Source: Hemiscyllium ocellatum (taxonomy: Eukaryota). Taken from it: a stretch of 64,000 nucleotides of DNA. The DNA lies in contig NC_083411.1 of NCBI RefSeq assembly GCF_020745735.1, positions 87,158,328 to 87,222,327 on the forward strand, read 5' to 3'. How positions within the stretch are numbered: the first letter of the stretch is position 1; each line of letters begins with the position of its first letter. Position numbers and translations under genes: made by a program. The notes below the pieces were generated by a model, which worked only from the letters and a program-made list of their open reading frames with translations, did no database searches and was not told the origin of the DNA. Shown piece after piece: positions 36,682 through 49,731 of this stretch.

Positions 36682-38441
36682 ATTGTGGAAGTGCTGGTGT
36701 TGGACTGGGGTGGACAAAGTTAAAATCACAAAACACCGGGTTTAAAGGTTTATATTTTAAAAAGTGACATCTCAGCTCAGACAATGCATTTAAAGTGTGA
36801 GGTATTCCAACCTTGAGTCAGACAGGTTCTATTTCCAAAGTAGGAATTTATAAAATGTCACATGGCCTGACTGCCTACAGATTGTATGCTTTTTGAACAA
36901 AGTAGAATCTATCTGCAAATATAAATCTGAAAATGTAAATTTAGCCCATAGACTTATGTGTGTGTTCATGCATGTGTGTGCACGTGCGAGGGAGAGTGTG
37001 TGATGAGTGTGGTAGAGTATATGCCTGTGAGAGGATGTGTGATCGTGTGAATGCGAGAGTGTATAGTGTAGGGAGGTCACTTGTAGTGTGACATGAATCC
37101 AAGATCCTGGTTGAGCCCATCCTCCTGGGTACTCAACCTGGCTATCTGCCTCTGCTTGGTGACTCTGCGTTGTTGTATATTCTGAAGTCCGCCTCGGAGG
37201 ATGGTCACCTGAAGATCTGAGGCCGAATGGCCCTGATGAATGAAGTGTTTCCTGACTGGGAGGGAACATCCCTGTCTGGCGATTGTTGCGCGATGTTCAT
37301 TTATCTATTGTTGTAGTGTCTGCTTGGTCTCACCAACCATGCCTTGGGGCATCCTTGCCTGCAGCGTATGAGATGGACAATGTTGGCCAAGCCACATGAG
37401 TACCTGCTGTGTACATGGTGGATGGTGTCCCCATGCTTAATAGTAGTATCCGTTTCAACACTGACACATTTTACCATGACAGGGTTGTATGGTGTTGTGG
37501 TTGATGTTGCCCTGAAGGCTGGGCAGTTTGGCAGTTGTTTAAAGGTGAGACGTGGAAGCATAGGGAAGGTATTGGCAAGATGCTCATCCTCACCGATAAT
37601 GTCTTGCAGGCTGCGAAGAACATGGCGTACTTTCTCTGCTCTCAGGAAGTACTGGATAATGAAGGGTACCCTATCAGTAGTATCATATGTCTGTCTCCTG
37701 AGGAGGTCATTCCAATTTCTCGCTGTGGCACGTAAGAACTGGCTATCGATGAGTTGAGCATTGTATCCTGTTCTTATGAGGGTATACTTAAACATCTTCA
37801 TGTGTCAGTCGCATTCCTCCTCATCCGAACAAATCCAGCGTAAGGCTTGTCCATAGGGGATGGTTATTTTAATATGTTTAGGTGGAAGCTCGAAAAGTGC
37901 AGCATTGTGAGGTTATCCGTGGGCTTGCAATAGTGTGAGGTACTGAGGTGCTCGTCCTTGATGAAGATGTGTGTCACTAAGAATGAGACTCATTCTAAAG
38001 AGTAGTCCATGGTAAGTCTGATGGTATGGCGAAACCTGTTGATATTACTTTGTAGCTGTTTCAGTGACCCTGCACCACGGGTCCAGAGGAAGAAAATGTC
38101 ATCAATTCAACTGGTGTATAGTGTTGGTTGGAGATCCTATACAGCACAGAAGTTTTGTTTGAACTTATGCTTGAAAATGTTGGCGTATTGGGGTTAAAAT
38201 TTGGTTTCCATGTGTCTGGATGAAGAACTGATTGTCAAAGGTGAAGATGTTGTAGTCGAGGACTCAACAGCAATTTAGGTTTGTTCACTAAATCACATAA
38301 TTTGATATTTTTCTATAAATTCTGCATCCTATAATCCTGCTCCACTAGCTACCTGATAAAAGAGCAGCGTTCTGAAAGCTGATAATTCCAAAAAAATTTG
38401 TTAAACTGTAACCTGGTGTTGTGTGATTCTTTTTTTTCACT
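36682..38441 (-). mobile_element. Penelope-like (Neptune-type) element, degenerate, with inverted pseudo-LTR
   Basis: RT thumb and GIY-YIG remnants (ORF 37301-37801, IVHLIRCRQGCP); + strand terminal copy ~38270-38430; TSD TCATACTTT 36673-36681 / 38442-38450. Confidence 0.8.
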
Positions 38442-38777
38442 TCATACTTTGTGATAGGCAGTCTCTACCCAATTTTCAGTGACCACGAGATTACACACCA
38501 ACCTTCCACTACTTAATACTGATGCATGCTACTCTCTTGGGCAACAAAGACATCTGATATTATAAATGGAAAGATTACCCCACTGAGGCGGGAATAATCT
38601 TTTGAGTTTGTGGTTAAAACCATCATTGGTTTTGTGTGGAGATGATTTTATGGACCATCTAACCTGTGATATATGTCAGCTGGAAGGGTGTATGATGGTC
38701 AGTGAAATGGCGAAACAAGGCCCATCACCAGTGAAAGAGCTACCTCAAACAGTTGCTGTAAACAATAATTTTATTTA

Positions 38778-39250
38778 AGACCATAAGACATAGGAACAGA
38801 AATTAGGCCATCCAGACCGTCGAGTCTGCTTCACCATTCAATCATGGCTGATAAGTTTCTCAACCCCATTCTCCTCATAACTCTTGATCCCCTTGATATT
38901 CAAGAGCCTACCTTTCTCAGTCTCAATGACCTGGCCTCCACAGCCTTTTGTGGCAATGCATTCCATAGATTCACCACTCTCTGGCTGAAGAAGTTTCTCC
39001 TATCTCCGTTCTAAAACGTCTTCCCTTTCCTCTAAGGCTATGCCCTCTGGTCTTAGTCTTTCCTACCAAGGGAAACATTCCCCATATCTACTCTGTCCAG
39101 GCCATTCAGTAGATGTATGTTTCAATTAGATCCTCCCTCTAAACTTCATTGAGTATTGACCCAGAGTCCTCAAATGTTCTTCATATGTTAAGCTTTTCAT
39201 TACTGGGACCATTCTCGTGAACTTTCTCTGAACACGCTGAAGGGCGAGTA
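38778..39250 (-). mobile_element. CR1 3' fragment
   Basis: TAAGACCATAAGACATAGG tail and CR1 3' UTR. Confidence 0.75.
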
Positions 39251-39279
39251 CATCCTTACTGAGATATTTTTAGAGATTC

Positions 39280-39560
39280 TCAGGAGAATACATTTTGCAG
39301 AAGAGCATTGAAGAATGTTACAGGCGAAGATAAAGGAATAAGCAGACAAATATGCTACAATTAGGATGTCGCAAACAGGTGGTAACCTGTTCGTGCAATA
39401 ACCTTTACAAAATGAACCTTTGACATAAAGATTTGGTCCTCCATACAAGGCTATGAAGAGGGATAGTAAAGCAACTGATGTAATAGGTATTCCAGATTGC
39501 AGGAAGAAGAATTAGTTATGTCATGTATACATGTTAAAAGAATATCACTTGTGGGAAGAC
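39280..39560 (+). mobile_element. Degenerate Gypsy integrase C-terminal (GPY/F) remnant
   Basis: EPL..FGPPY...IPDCRKK..LCHVYMLKEY resembles the Gypsy integrase tail. Confidence 0.5.
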
Positions 39561-39984
39561 GGAAAAGTAAGTATATCTGATGTTAAGAATATTGGAGGAT
39601 GACTGATCATAATCTGCTAACCTTGGTCGAGAAATTTAAGACACAATGCAAGATTGTTCCAATGGAATTGATGCAACCATTCAATGTAAAAGATGATATT
39701 ATTGCAAAAGATAATAAAATAGCTGGTGCATTCTGAGGAATGAGTGGACTGAAATGGTTTGATAATTTGCAAGAAAATAACATTGTTTAAATTCTGTGTG
39801 AGAAATGAATCAGCAAAAATGAATAAATTTTTGTTGTGTTTTGTATTGTCTGCACATTATCTGTTGGTTAGCTCAGTTGGCTGGGTGGTGTGTTTATAAT
39901 GCAGAGTGATGCCAACAGTGTGGGTTCAATTACTACACTGTTTAAGGCTATTATGAAGGACTCTCCTCAGCCCATGCCCTCAGC

Positions 39985-40345
39985 TGAGATGTGAGGTTTA
40001 TAAAATCACAAGGGGCATCGATAAGATGAGTGACAAGGGATGTTTCCTGAGGTGGGGGGGTCAAAAGTAGGGGATGCATTTTTAAGGTGAGAGGAGAAAA
40101 TTTAAAAAAGATCTGAGGGGAAATCTTTTTACACAGAGGGTGGTTCATGTACGGAACGAATTGCCAGAGAAAGTGGTGTATGCAGGTACCGTTACGTTTA
40201 AAGGACATTTGAAGAAGTTCATGAATAGTAAAGGTTTTGAGGGATGTGGGCCAAATGCAGGCAAGTGGGACTAATTTAGTTTGGGAACATGGTCAGTGTG
40301 GACGAATTGGACCAAAAGATCTGTTTCCATGCTGTATGACTCTCT
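39985..40345 (+). mobile_element. CR1 3' fragment
   Basis: FTQRVVHVRNELP motif. Confidence 0.75.
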
Positions 40346-42109
40346 AATAATGGAGCAGTGCTATAGTCTGGCAAGACTGTGACAGTTTCATTTCACATTT
40401 TCTTCCAACTTGTGGAATAGTGAGGATTGACTATTGGCACACTGTTCTTAGTTAACCTTAACTTTTTGCAGTAAGTTAAATTTAATACAATGGCACAGTT
40501 GCAGTACTTTTTAAAAATGCTTGGAGGTTAATGGAACCTACCATTTCTAAGATTAACAATATAGTCCTGAAGATGGGTTACACCCAAAACGTTGACTTCT
40601 CCACCTCCTGATGCTGCCTGGCTTGGTGTGTTCGTCCAGCTTTCAGTTTGTCTACCTTGGATTCCAGCATCTGCAGTTTTTTTTGTCTCATGCAAATTAT
40701 CCAGCAATTTGTAGTGACTTGAAGTAAACCCACAAGGTTGTTCTGTCTGACAAAAAAAAACTGGCTTATTTACAAAATAATGATATGAGCATTAAACTTG
40801 CTATGTTCCCAACAATTTCTGACCCATTAAATACTATGTAGATGATGCATTAAGGGGAAACCCTTTGCAAAACATTTTCACTAGAGTTGTTATAGATAGT
40901 ATTCATCCTGAGGCATAAACTTTGTTTTTAATGGCTAATTCGCAAGTAAGAGAAAGCTGGTACAGTATTTACATAGACACAAATACACAATTGTGCACAA
41001 CCTACTAGTAACGATTTAATATTAAATATGTTAAAAAAATTCCCCCTTCAGTTGTATATTGCCAAACACAACATAATCTTGTATTGAAAATGCCCGTTTT
41101 TGAATATGCTTGCTTTCAGTAATAATTCTCTCGTTTAAATATACTAAATAGCCCATGTTTCCCTGTGGTAAATCCTTTGTGTAAGACGGTTTTGGATGGT
41201 ACTTGGTATTGGGACATCAAACACAACTTTAAAACAAAGAAAAATAATGTTTTGGACCATTTTTATTAAGGATTGGATACTCAAAAAAGTCTGCTTTCAA
41301 TTGCATACACCTACTCGCTAAGCAGCTGAATAGTGGTTCTTGTTTATAGCATGTGAATAAATCATAAAATGTATCTAAGGGGAACTTCATATTACACCAT
41401 CCTGTTCTGAAAATAAGTCATTGTTATGAGGAATTAAAAATTTTATAAATTTGCCTCATTTATGATTTAGAAGTCTTGTGTCACTTCTAACTGTAGTTAT
41501 TAATAATTCCTAACATTCATAGAACTAACATAACTCGCCAGAATCTGAAACAACTGAGCTTAGTTTTCAGTTTACTGGTACTATAGCATTGGCTAAATTC
41601 ACGTTGTCACAAAACAATTTGTCTTTTATTCCCCCAGGGGGAAATATCTGTCTTCAGAGGATGGTTACAATCAGGAGTGTAACGTAAGGATTGGTTCACA
41701 AGATGCCAAATCTTGCAATTTTTAACAATGAGTAAGAGAGGTACTGTCAAGTAAATAAATATATTTCTGGATATGAATCAATGACAAAAGAAGTCCTTCA
41801 GTTCAACCTGTACTCTGGTGATTCTTAAGGTTAGCTCATAGAACAAGGACTAAGTAATAACAGCCAACATCAGTGTCGATAACATAAAAGGGTGAGGAAA
41901 AATAGCCAGTAATGAGTAGCTTCAAGGAGAGCATACAGGACTTTCTCAGAATATAACTCTCTGTTCAATTTGTCACCAAGCATAATTCAAAGTAGGGTTC
42001 AAAATAAAACACATTCTTCAAAGAAAACTGTAAAAGGCTTATAATTTAAAATGAAAAACTATGACAGGAAAATCATTACTTGATTCCAGGTAACATTGCT
42101 TTAATTAGA

Positions 42110-43020
42110 GGTTGCTGCAAGGGTCAATACTTGGGCCTCAGCTATTTACAATCTAGTTTTTGATTATTTTAAATGAGAGGCTGAGCGTTATACAGCCAAG
42201 CTTGCTGCTGATGGAGATTTTAGGTTGGAAAGTACATAGTGAGATGGATGCACAGAGACTGCAGAGAGATATTGGTCAATGGGTAAGAACATGGTATAAA
42301 TGGAGGATAATATAGCGAAGTGATGTCCACTTTGGTAAACAAATACATTTTAAAAAGGTTAAAGATTCAGAGAAACTTGAATGTTCTTGTATGTGAATAA
42401 AAAAAGTTAACGTAGATTCAACAAACAATTGGGAAAGTAAATCAAGGGATTTGAGTCAAAGGGCAAATTGTCTCACATTTATACAGGATATTGGTGAGGT
42501 AACACAAGTCTGGTTTGCAGTTTTGGTTTCCTTACACAAGGAAAGACATATTTGTCCTAGGGAGTGAAATGAAAGTTCACTAGTTTGTTCTATGAAGAAA
42601 TTCAGTATATTAGGCGTATATTCTCTGGACTTTAAGAAATATGAAGTGAGTTAACTCAAACACATTATTAAGGAGCGTGGCAAAGCAGATGCTGAAAAAG
42701 TGTCTTTCCAGGCTGAGGAACCTGGGATGTAGAATCACAGCCTCAGAATAAGGGATCAGCCATTTCAGACTGAGATGAGTGGAATTATCTTTCCTCAAAG
42801 GGTTGTGAATATTAGAAATTCTCCATCCCAGAGAGCTCAGCCATTCAGTATTTGTCAGGGCAATGTATTTTAGGGGTACTATGGGAATTTGGGAAAAATT
42901 GGGATAGTGCAGAAAGATAGATGTGAAATAAAAGTGCAGTAGTAATCTTTTTGATAAAGCAGACTTGAAAATTCAAATGGATAATTTGTTATTTGAATAG
43001 CTCCTATTTCTAAAGATCTT
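42110..43020 (+). mobile_element. Old CR1 RT/3' fragment
   Basis: Degenerate QGSILGPQLF and 3' homology. Confidence 0.6.
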
Positions 43021-45785
43021 AAGTCAGGTGGAAGTAATGATAATTTTCTCAAAAAAGATGGCTGAATATTCGTTATTTTTAATGAGAAGGATACATTGAA
43101 ACATTGACAAAGTGTAATTTCTGACACTAGTTTTGTAAAATGCAGCATTGGATCAGAAATTATGTTGTGGGCAACACAAAAGCATACTTTGGAATCTTGA
43201 AGGATGCAAATATTTAAATCCTGATCTCCATTATTTTAATAATATGTCAACTTATTAGTGCTAATATAGTTTGTATCTGAATTTATGATTTTTAATTTTA
43301 AAATGAACAGCACTAAGAACAACCATTCCAAACATCTGTCATGTTTTTTTAAACAGATTTAAATTTTTTGTAAGTAGCCAACATATTTCAGAATTTTGCA
43401 GAATCATTATTGTGCAAGTTGACAAATCATACATAGTTCAATTACCTGATTATGTTTTGATTTTTATTGAGTCAAATCATTCACATGTCTGCATAGTGTT
43501 AGAAATTGGTTCCCTTAAAAACTGAATTTTCCGAGTCTTTACTGTGGAGCATGTGATTTAATTTAACAGCTGTCATTAGTAATTAACTTTTCAAAATTCT
43601 AACATTGAAGACAACAGGGAAGAATTATGAGAAACAGAAGCCATAATGTGCATCAATTTATCTGGTTCCAAATCTATCCTATGTACAATGTTTTCACAAT
43701 AAGGCTTTGTTCAGGCAAATGATGAAAGCTAGCCTTCAAATGGAGGTAGACCAAGGGACAATAGTCCTATGGCCATTGGCCAAAAGAGTTCAGACAATTG
43801 TTTGACACAGAAAACTAACCTACCTCTAGAAATATGAAATCACAATAAGTGCTGCAGTGCAGAGGAGGGGTTCTTATCCAGATGGAAGACAGACCAGAAG
43901 AAGAGGAGGAAGACCCAGGGAAGAGCTCTGTACCACCTTATCTACAGAGCAGGATGCTGCCCCACAAATTTAATAAGACAAACACATTTCGCACCAACAG
44001 CATGTCTGTTCTCAATTTATCAGTGACCATCCCAATTGTCCCTGTTAGAAACTTTATTTATCTTATCAACTAATGTATTATATCTAAATTGCTGAGGACA
44101 TAGATCAGTACAGCACAGATTAGGCCCTTTGGCCCACCATGCCCATGCTAACCATGCTGCTATTCTAAACCATCGGCCTGCTCATAGTCTGTTTCCTTCT
44201 ATCCTCTGCCTGTTCATGTGTGGGTTCAGAGGAGGTTCACAAAAATAGTCACATGAATGAAAAGCTTAACATATGAGGAATGTTTGTTCCTGGTACCTAC
44301 CACTCTCTCTGTTTTTAAAAAAAACTTGCCTTGCACATTTTTAAACTTGTCCCCTCTCATCTTAAACCTACATGCCCTGGTATTTGACATTTCCACCTTG
44401 CAAAAAAGACTTCAACTATTCACCCGATAATATAATTATAACCCCTCTTTTATAATTTTAGGTTCTTCTTTCAGAGCAGTATTAAGGGAGAGGTGCACTG
44501 TCAAAGGTGCTGTTTATTAGCTCATATTTTATACTGAAACTTTCCTCTGTCATCCCCAGCACTACTTGAATTAGAGCTGAGCAGGGACGTGCATTCAGGT
44601 ATTCTGGCCAATATTTATCCAACAACCAACAGCTTCAGATATTAGTGTGCACATTGAATGTTGAGCTTCCTACATTAAAACACTTTAAAATTACTTCATT
44701 GCATGCACATTCTGAGTTCATGAAAGGCTTTGTATAAAAGTATGTCTTCATTTTTGTTGGTGTGACATTGCTTATTGGCAGCACTTAAAAGAAATAAAGT
44801 TTCTTCATGGCAATTTTCTGATAGCTTATTGAATTTGGTTAAAAAACATCATCTGCCTATGTTGTGATCATGAATCCTCTAACAATTTGTATGTTCTGGA
44901 TTTCAAAGAAAACCATTGGACTGAATCTCTTCATTTTGTCTTAAATGTCAGTTTTAAAGAGTTTTGTGAAAGGTTTCTTCTGTGAGTTGTGGTGACTTTT
45001 CACACACAATTCTCACTGCTTACCTCACCAGGTATGTGTCATATCTTCACAGCATTATTTTTGTATACTGTTACACTCAGCAGAGGCAGATGTGCTCACC
45101 AGGTTTAGGTTACTAGTGCCATATTTGAACCCCAGCTGCGTACCACTTAAACCTTTGCAGGCCAGAAACTTCCCTTAGTGTGATAGAGTTAAGGAAACAA
45201 CTTAGCTACGAGAGGCAAGTTATCCCTTTGCTGATAGGGACCTGGAGATCATGAGAGGCAATGGAGAGGAGAACTATACTGTTTCACCTTGGCTATTAAA
45301 GGAGAATCATGGCACCAGACCCTGCCAGCCTGGTCTGCGGTAGGCCCACAGGGCACTGCAGTGTCCAGATTCTGAAGGAATGTGCAGTAGTGCCTCAAGA
45401 AAATTAATGAACTTCTGCACTCCGCAAGGTTAAGTGTTACTTTATTCGCTCTGCGAAGGCAAACTCGTTCTAACACCACAACGGCACCTCCCTCTTACCA
45501 AGGCTGATGGTGTATGGCTTTCGATATTGCATGCCCAATCTTCCAGTTAGAACTTTCACCAGCACCATCCCCATAAACTATTAAGCTTTCTAATAGTTTC
45601 ATCTTATTCAATCCCTCCTTTTGTCTCATTACAGAAGAAATGACCCAAAATAGGGTGCTGTTTACACAGCTGCTGGTTCAAGCAGTAGTGTAAGGGTTAC
45701 AGATGAGCTGGCGCCAAGTGGTGTGTACAAATGGAGATTCAGCCAACAGCAAATAGCTGATTGGTTTGTGGATTGGTGATCAGTT

Positions 45786-46692
45786 ATAGAGTGATAGAGA
45801 TGTACAGCACAGAAACAGATCCTTCGGTCCAACTCATCTAGGCCAACCATATATCCTAACTTAATCTAGTCCCATTTGGCAATACTTGGCCTTTAAAGCT
45901 TTCCTACTCAAATACCCATCCAGATGCCTTTTAAATACTGCAATTGTACCAGCGTCCACACTTCCTCTTGCAGTTTATTCCATACACACCACCTTCTCCG
46001 TGTAAAGGTTGCTCCTTAGGTCCCTTTTATACCTTTCCACTCTCACCTTAAATCTATGCTGTCTAGTTCTGGACTCCCCCAGGGAAAAGACTGTCTATCC
46101 TATCCATGCCCCTCATGATTTTATAAAGCTCTATAAGGTCACCCCTCAGCCTCCAAGGCTCCAGGGAAAACAGCCCCAGCCTATTCTGCCTTTCTCTATA
46201 GTTCAAGTCACCAAACCCTGGCAACATCCTTGTAAATCTTTTCTGAACCCTTTCAAGTTTCACAACATCATTCTGATAGGAAGAAGTCTAGAATTGCATG
46301 CAGTTTTCCCAAAGTGACCTAGCCAATGTCCTGTACAGCCATAACCTGACTTCCCAACGTCTTTACTCAATACTCTGACCAATAAAGGAAAGCTTACCAA
46401 ATGCCTTCTTCACTTTCCCATTTACCTGCGACTGTACTTTCAAGGAACTATGAACCTGCACTCCAAGGTCTCTTTGTTCAGCAATATTCCCTAGGACCTT
46501 ACCATTAAGTGTATAAATCCTTCTCTGATTTGCTTTTCCAAAATGCAGCACCTTGCTTTTATCTAAATTAAACTCCATCTGCCACTCCTAAGCCCATTGG
46601 CCCACCTGATCAAGATCCTGTTGTAATCTGAGGTAACCTTCTTCACTGTCCACTACACCTCCAAGTTTGGTGTCATCTGCAAACTTACTAAC
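45786..46692 (-). mobile_element. CR1 3' fragment
   Basis: LERVQKRFTRMLPG, MEFNLDK, FADD motifs. Confidence 0.85.
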
Positions 46693-49600
46693 TTATTGAT
46701 GACAAAAGCCTGCCAACAGCCATTGTCTCCCAGGTAGCTGGATCGTTCAGGGCTGTGAACAAGATCATGAGAAGCCATCAGGCTTCTGCAAGCTCATGAG
46801 CTTCTCTGTTCTTTGCAGTGAAAACCACTTTAGGCCTGAAGTTGTGACTTTTATTAATAAATCAGTGACCTCTACAAGTGAGAACCTGTCACCTTGCAAA
46901 CAAGTGAAAACATTAGAGAAAGAACATTGAGAAGCATTTGGATTGGCATGAGAATCATCCCAGCAAACCCTGTGAACAGGGCCCACTGAACTGCCTTCCA
47001 TTCTTTCCCTCTGTTTATAATATCCATGATTTCTTTCCCTTGTTTGTGTCTATGTATGTATGTGTGTGTAGAGGTTAGTGTCCCATGAGCTTAGAGTTTT
47101 AACTCATTGAATTATATGCTGATGGTTCTTTACCTGTGGCCAGAGTCCATTTATTTATACTAAATAGTGATTCTTGTTAAAGGCAGAAATCGGGTTCGTG
47201 CTTTCTGTCAACGTGGGTCTAAAATACAGGTAAATTGGGGAATTGTGTATTGTTTAAAATATCTTCGTCTTTTCTGATGACTCCAGGACTGGTGGGACAT
47301 AATCTTCAAAGACCTACCCCAGGGAGGTGCAACAATATATATTACTGGTCATTTCATAAACTGCACATACAATTTAATCTAATTAAAGATGTGCCATTTC
47401 AGATCTATGCATGCCTAGTGAATGCAATTGCCTCTTGAATGGCCTTACATTATCAACAAATGGACCCTACTCCTGTAGATGAAACAAAATATACCCCACC
47501 CACTTTGAGTATGCTGGCAGCCATTTTTCATTCATATTGTACAGTTGACACTTGGCTGAAGATGTATGTTTTCCACTTTGCCCTTAAGAGTGAGTTTCAG
47601 GCTCTGCCTATTCTTCAAGTCTTCCCTACATCCCCACCATTAATCTTCATCTGCCTTTAAACCCCAGCAGCTTTGATCATGCCCATGTTTCCACTGTCAT
47701 GACTCACTGGAGCAGTACACTGGAAATTCAGCCCCATTGTTTCAGGAGCTGTGACAAATGGTGGGATTTAATAAAATTGGCACGAGTACAAGTTTTCCTC
47801 TGACTTACTGCCACCCAGGAAAAAAAACATCAAGCCATCTTAGGTTCCTTGGTAATATATATATTTTTAAAAACACTCTCTTTACTCTAACATTCTTAAC
47901 TTTAACAAAAACAGTAAAAGAATGAAAATAAAAATAAACTTCTAATTTATGTAATTTTGCCCCCTTTGAAATTCCCCTTCACCACATACACAAACTTTGA
48001 CATAATATTTGTTTTGTCTTTTTTTTCTTACTATGAATCAATGCAAAAAATAGTAAGAGGAACACAGTCCTGAATCACTACCCGAACAACACAAAACTGG
48101 CTGAGTTGGTCCCACAATCCTTTTCTTCGATGTGCAAATAATATTGAAGCATCAATGATGATCAGTCTTTAGTTCATTAGTTGCTTCTTTTCACTGTGCA
48201 TCTTATTATTCTTCTTTTCAACAGCTCTGAATGTATTTTTTCCCAGCTTTCTCGACAGGTAGTTAAATAAGGCAACTTTTCAGACCAAGAGAGTAGTGTT
48301 GATGGTGCAAACATCTGGGGCTTCTGTCTTTTATTTTCATTCCCCTTCACAGGGTCTGTATTAAACTGCAACCTGACCATCAAATTTGTTACTGAGCCCA
48401 GCTCTCCTCAATCCACAAAAGTTAGTTCTAATTGTTCATCAAAAGACTGGCTATGGGTAGAATTGCCATGAACACACCCAGGTACTGCCACTTTGTCTAG
48501 TGCAATTTCCTCAAAAATAACATTGTTACATATGCATCAGTTAACTCCCCTTGTTTTTCCAAAGTTGCATACAAACTCCTTTATTCATATTTTCTTTTAA
48601 AAGCAGTGTCCATTTTTTCACATTTCAGTCCTTGATACAAAAATTGTGGTCTTTTATACCACCCAAACCTTGTATTTAACTATTGTTATTCAGCACTCCA
48701 ATCTTCTCCTGAACCCCAGGTCTACTGAACCCCCTTTCCACATAATCCCCATGCTGCCTTGTGCTATATAAACTCCCTGTGTCCTGTTATATGAAGAATA
48801 TAACATTCTCTTCACAATGATTGTCCCCTCTGTGTACCCTATATGCTGGCTCCAATCCCTTCACTTGACTTTCACAATTTCCCTAACACACATTCTACCA
48901 TGAAAACCGTGCCCCTTGATGTTTGACATGCAAGCCCCTCGGACTATCCATGACCCACTCCCCACTGAATCTCAGATTGGCTGGACTCAACCTGAAGGAC
49001 TGACCATGACCCAATCCCTGGACTATAAGGATGCATACCTCCAAATCCTGACCGCACCAAGCAACTGCCTGAACTGAACTTGGATGATGCTCCTGACTGA
49101 CTCGAGTCTCCTTTGACTCAGGACTATTCTCTTTTGACTTTCAGATATTGCTACTAATTTGAAGCACATGCTGTGAGGTTGCTGGCACATGGTGTGGATG
49201 TGACATTGACATATACGGTGCTACACCACACCACATCTTCCCCCAATACTTTTCAGTGCTGACAGCTATGACAAGCTGTCTGGCTTTCTGTTGGTGCTAA
49301 AAGGCAAGGCAAGAAAGAACCTCAGTGGGCCTGTACATTCTGAATGAAGTGACAATGTACTAAAAAGGAGAGGCAGAAATGCTATGAGTGCCCAAGTAAG
49401 TGCAAAATGGTTAACCACAAAGACAACAAGTTAAAATGCATCCAGTTCCATGTAGAATAGTCAGATAGCAGCATTGCAATGAAAAGTGTCAGCTTCATGT
49501 AAAATGTTGAATTGAAATGCTGAACCGTATTAGAAGTGAGTCTGATATATGCCATAATGATGATTTTCAAGATTTATATTCCCTTTTGATATCCCATCAG

Positions 49601-49731
49601 AATAAATACTTGCTCAATATCTGACCTATTGAATTCAAGTGAAAATTACTCAAATTTAGACAAATAAAAACTGAAAATGTTGGATATACTCAGCAAAGCA
49701 GATAGCAGATGAAGACAGAAAAACAAATATG

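Noticed and set aside
43849-44073. Acidic ORF (EEEEED), possible exon or Harbinger remnant
   Set aside because: Too short, no diagnostic motif or convincing splice sites
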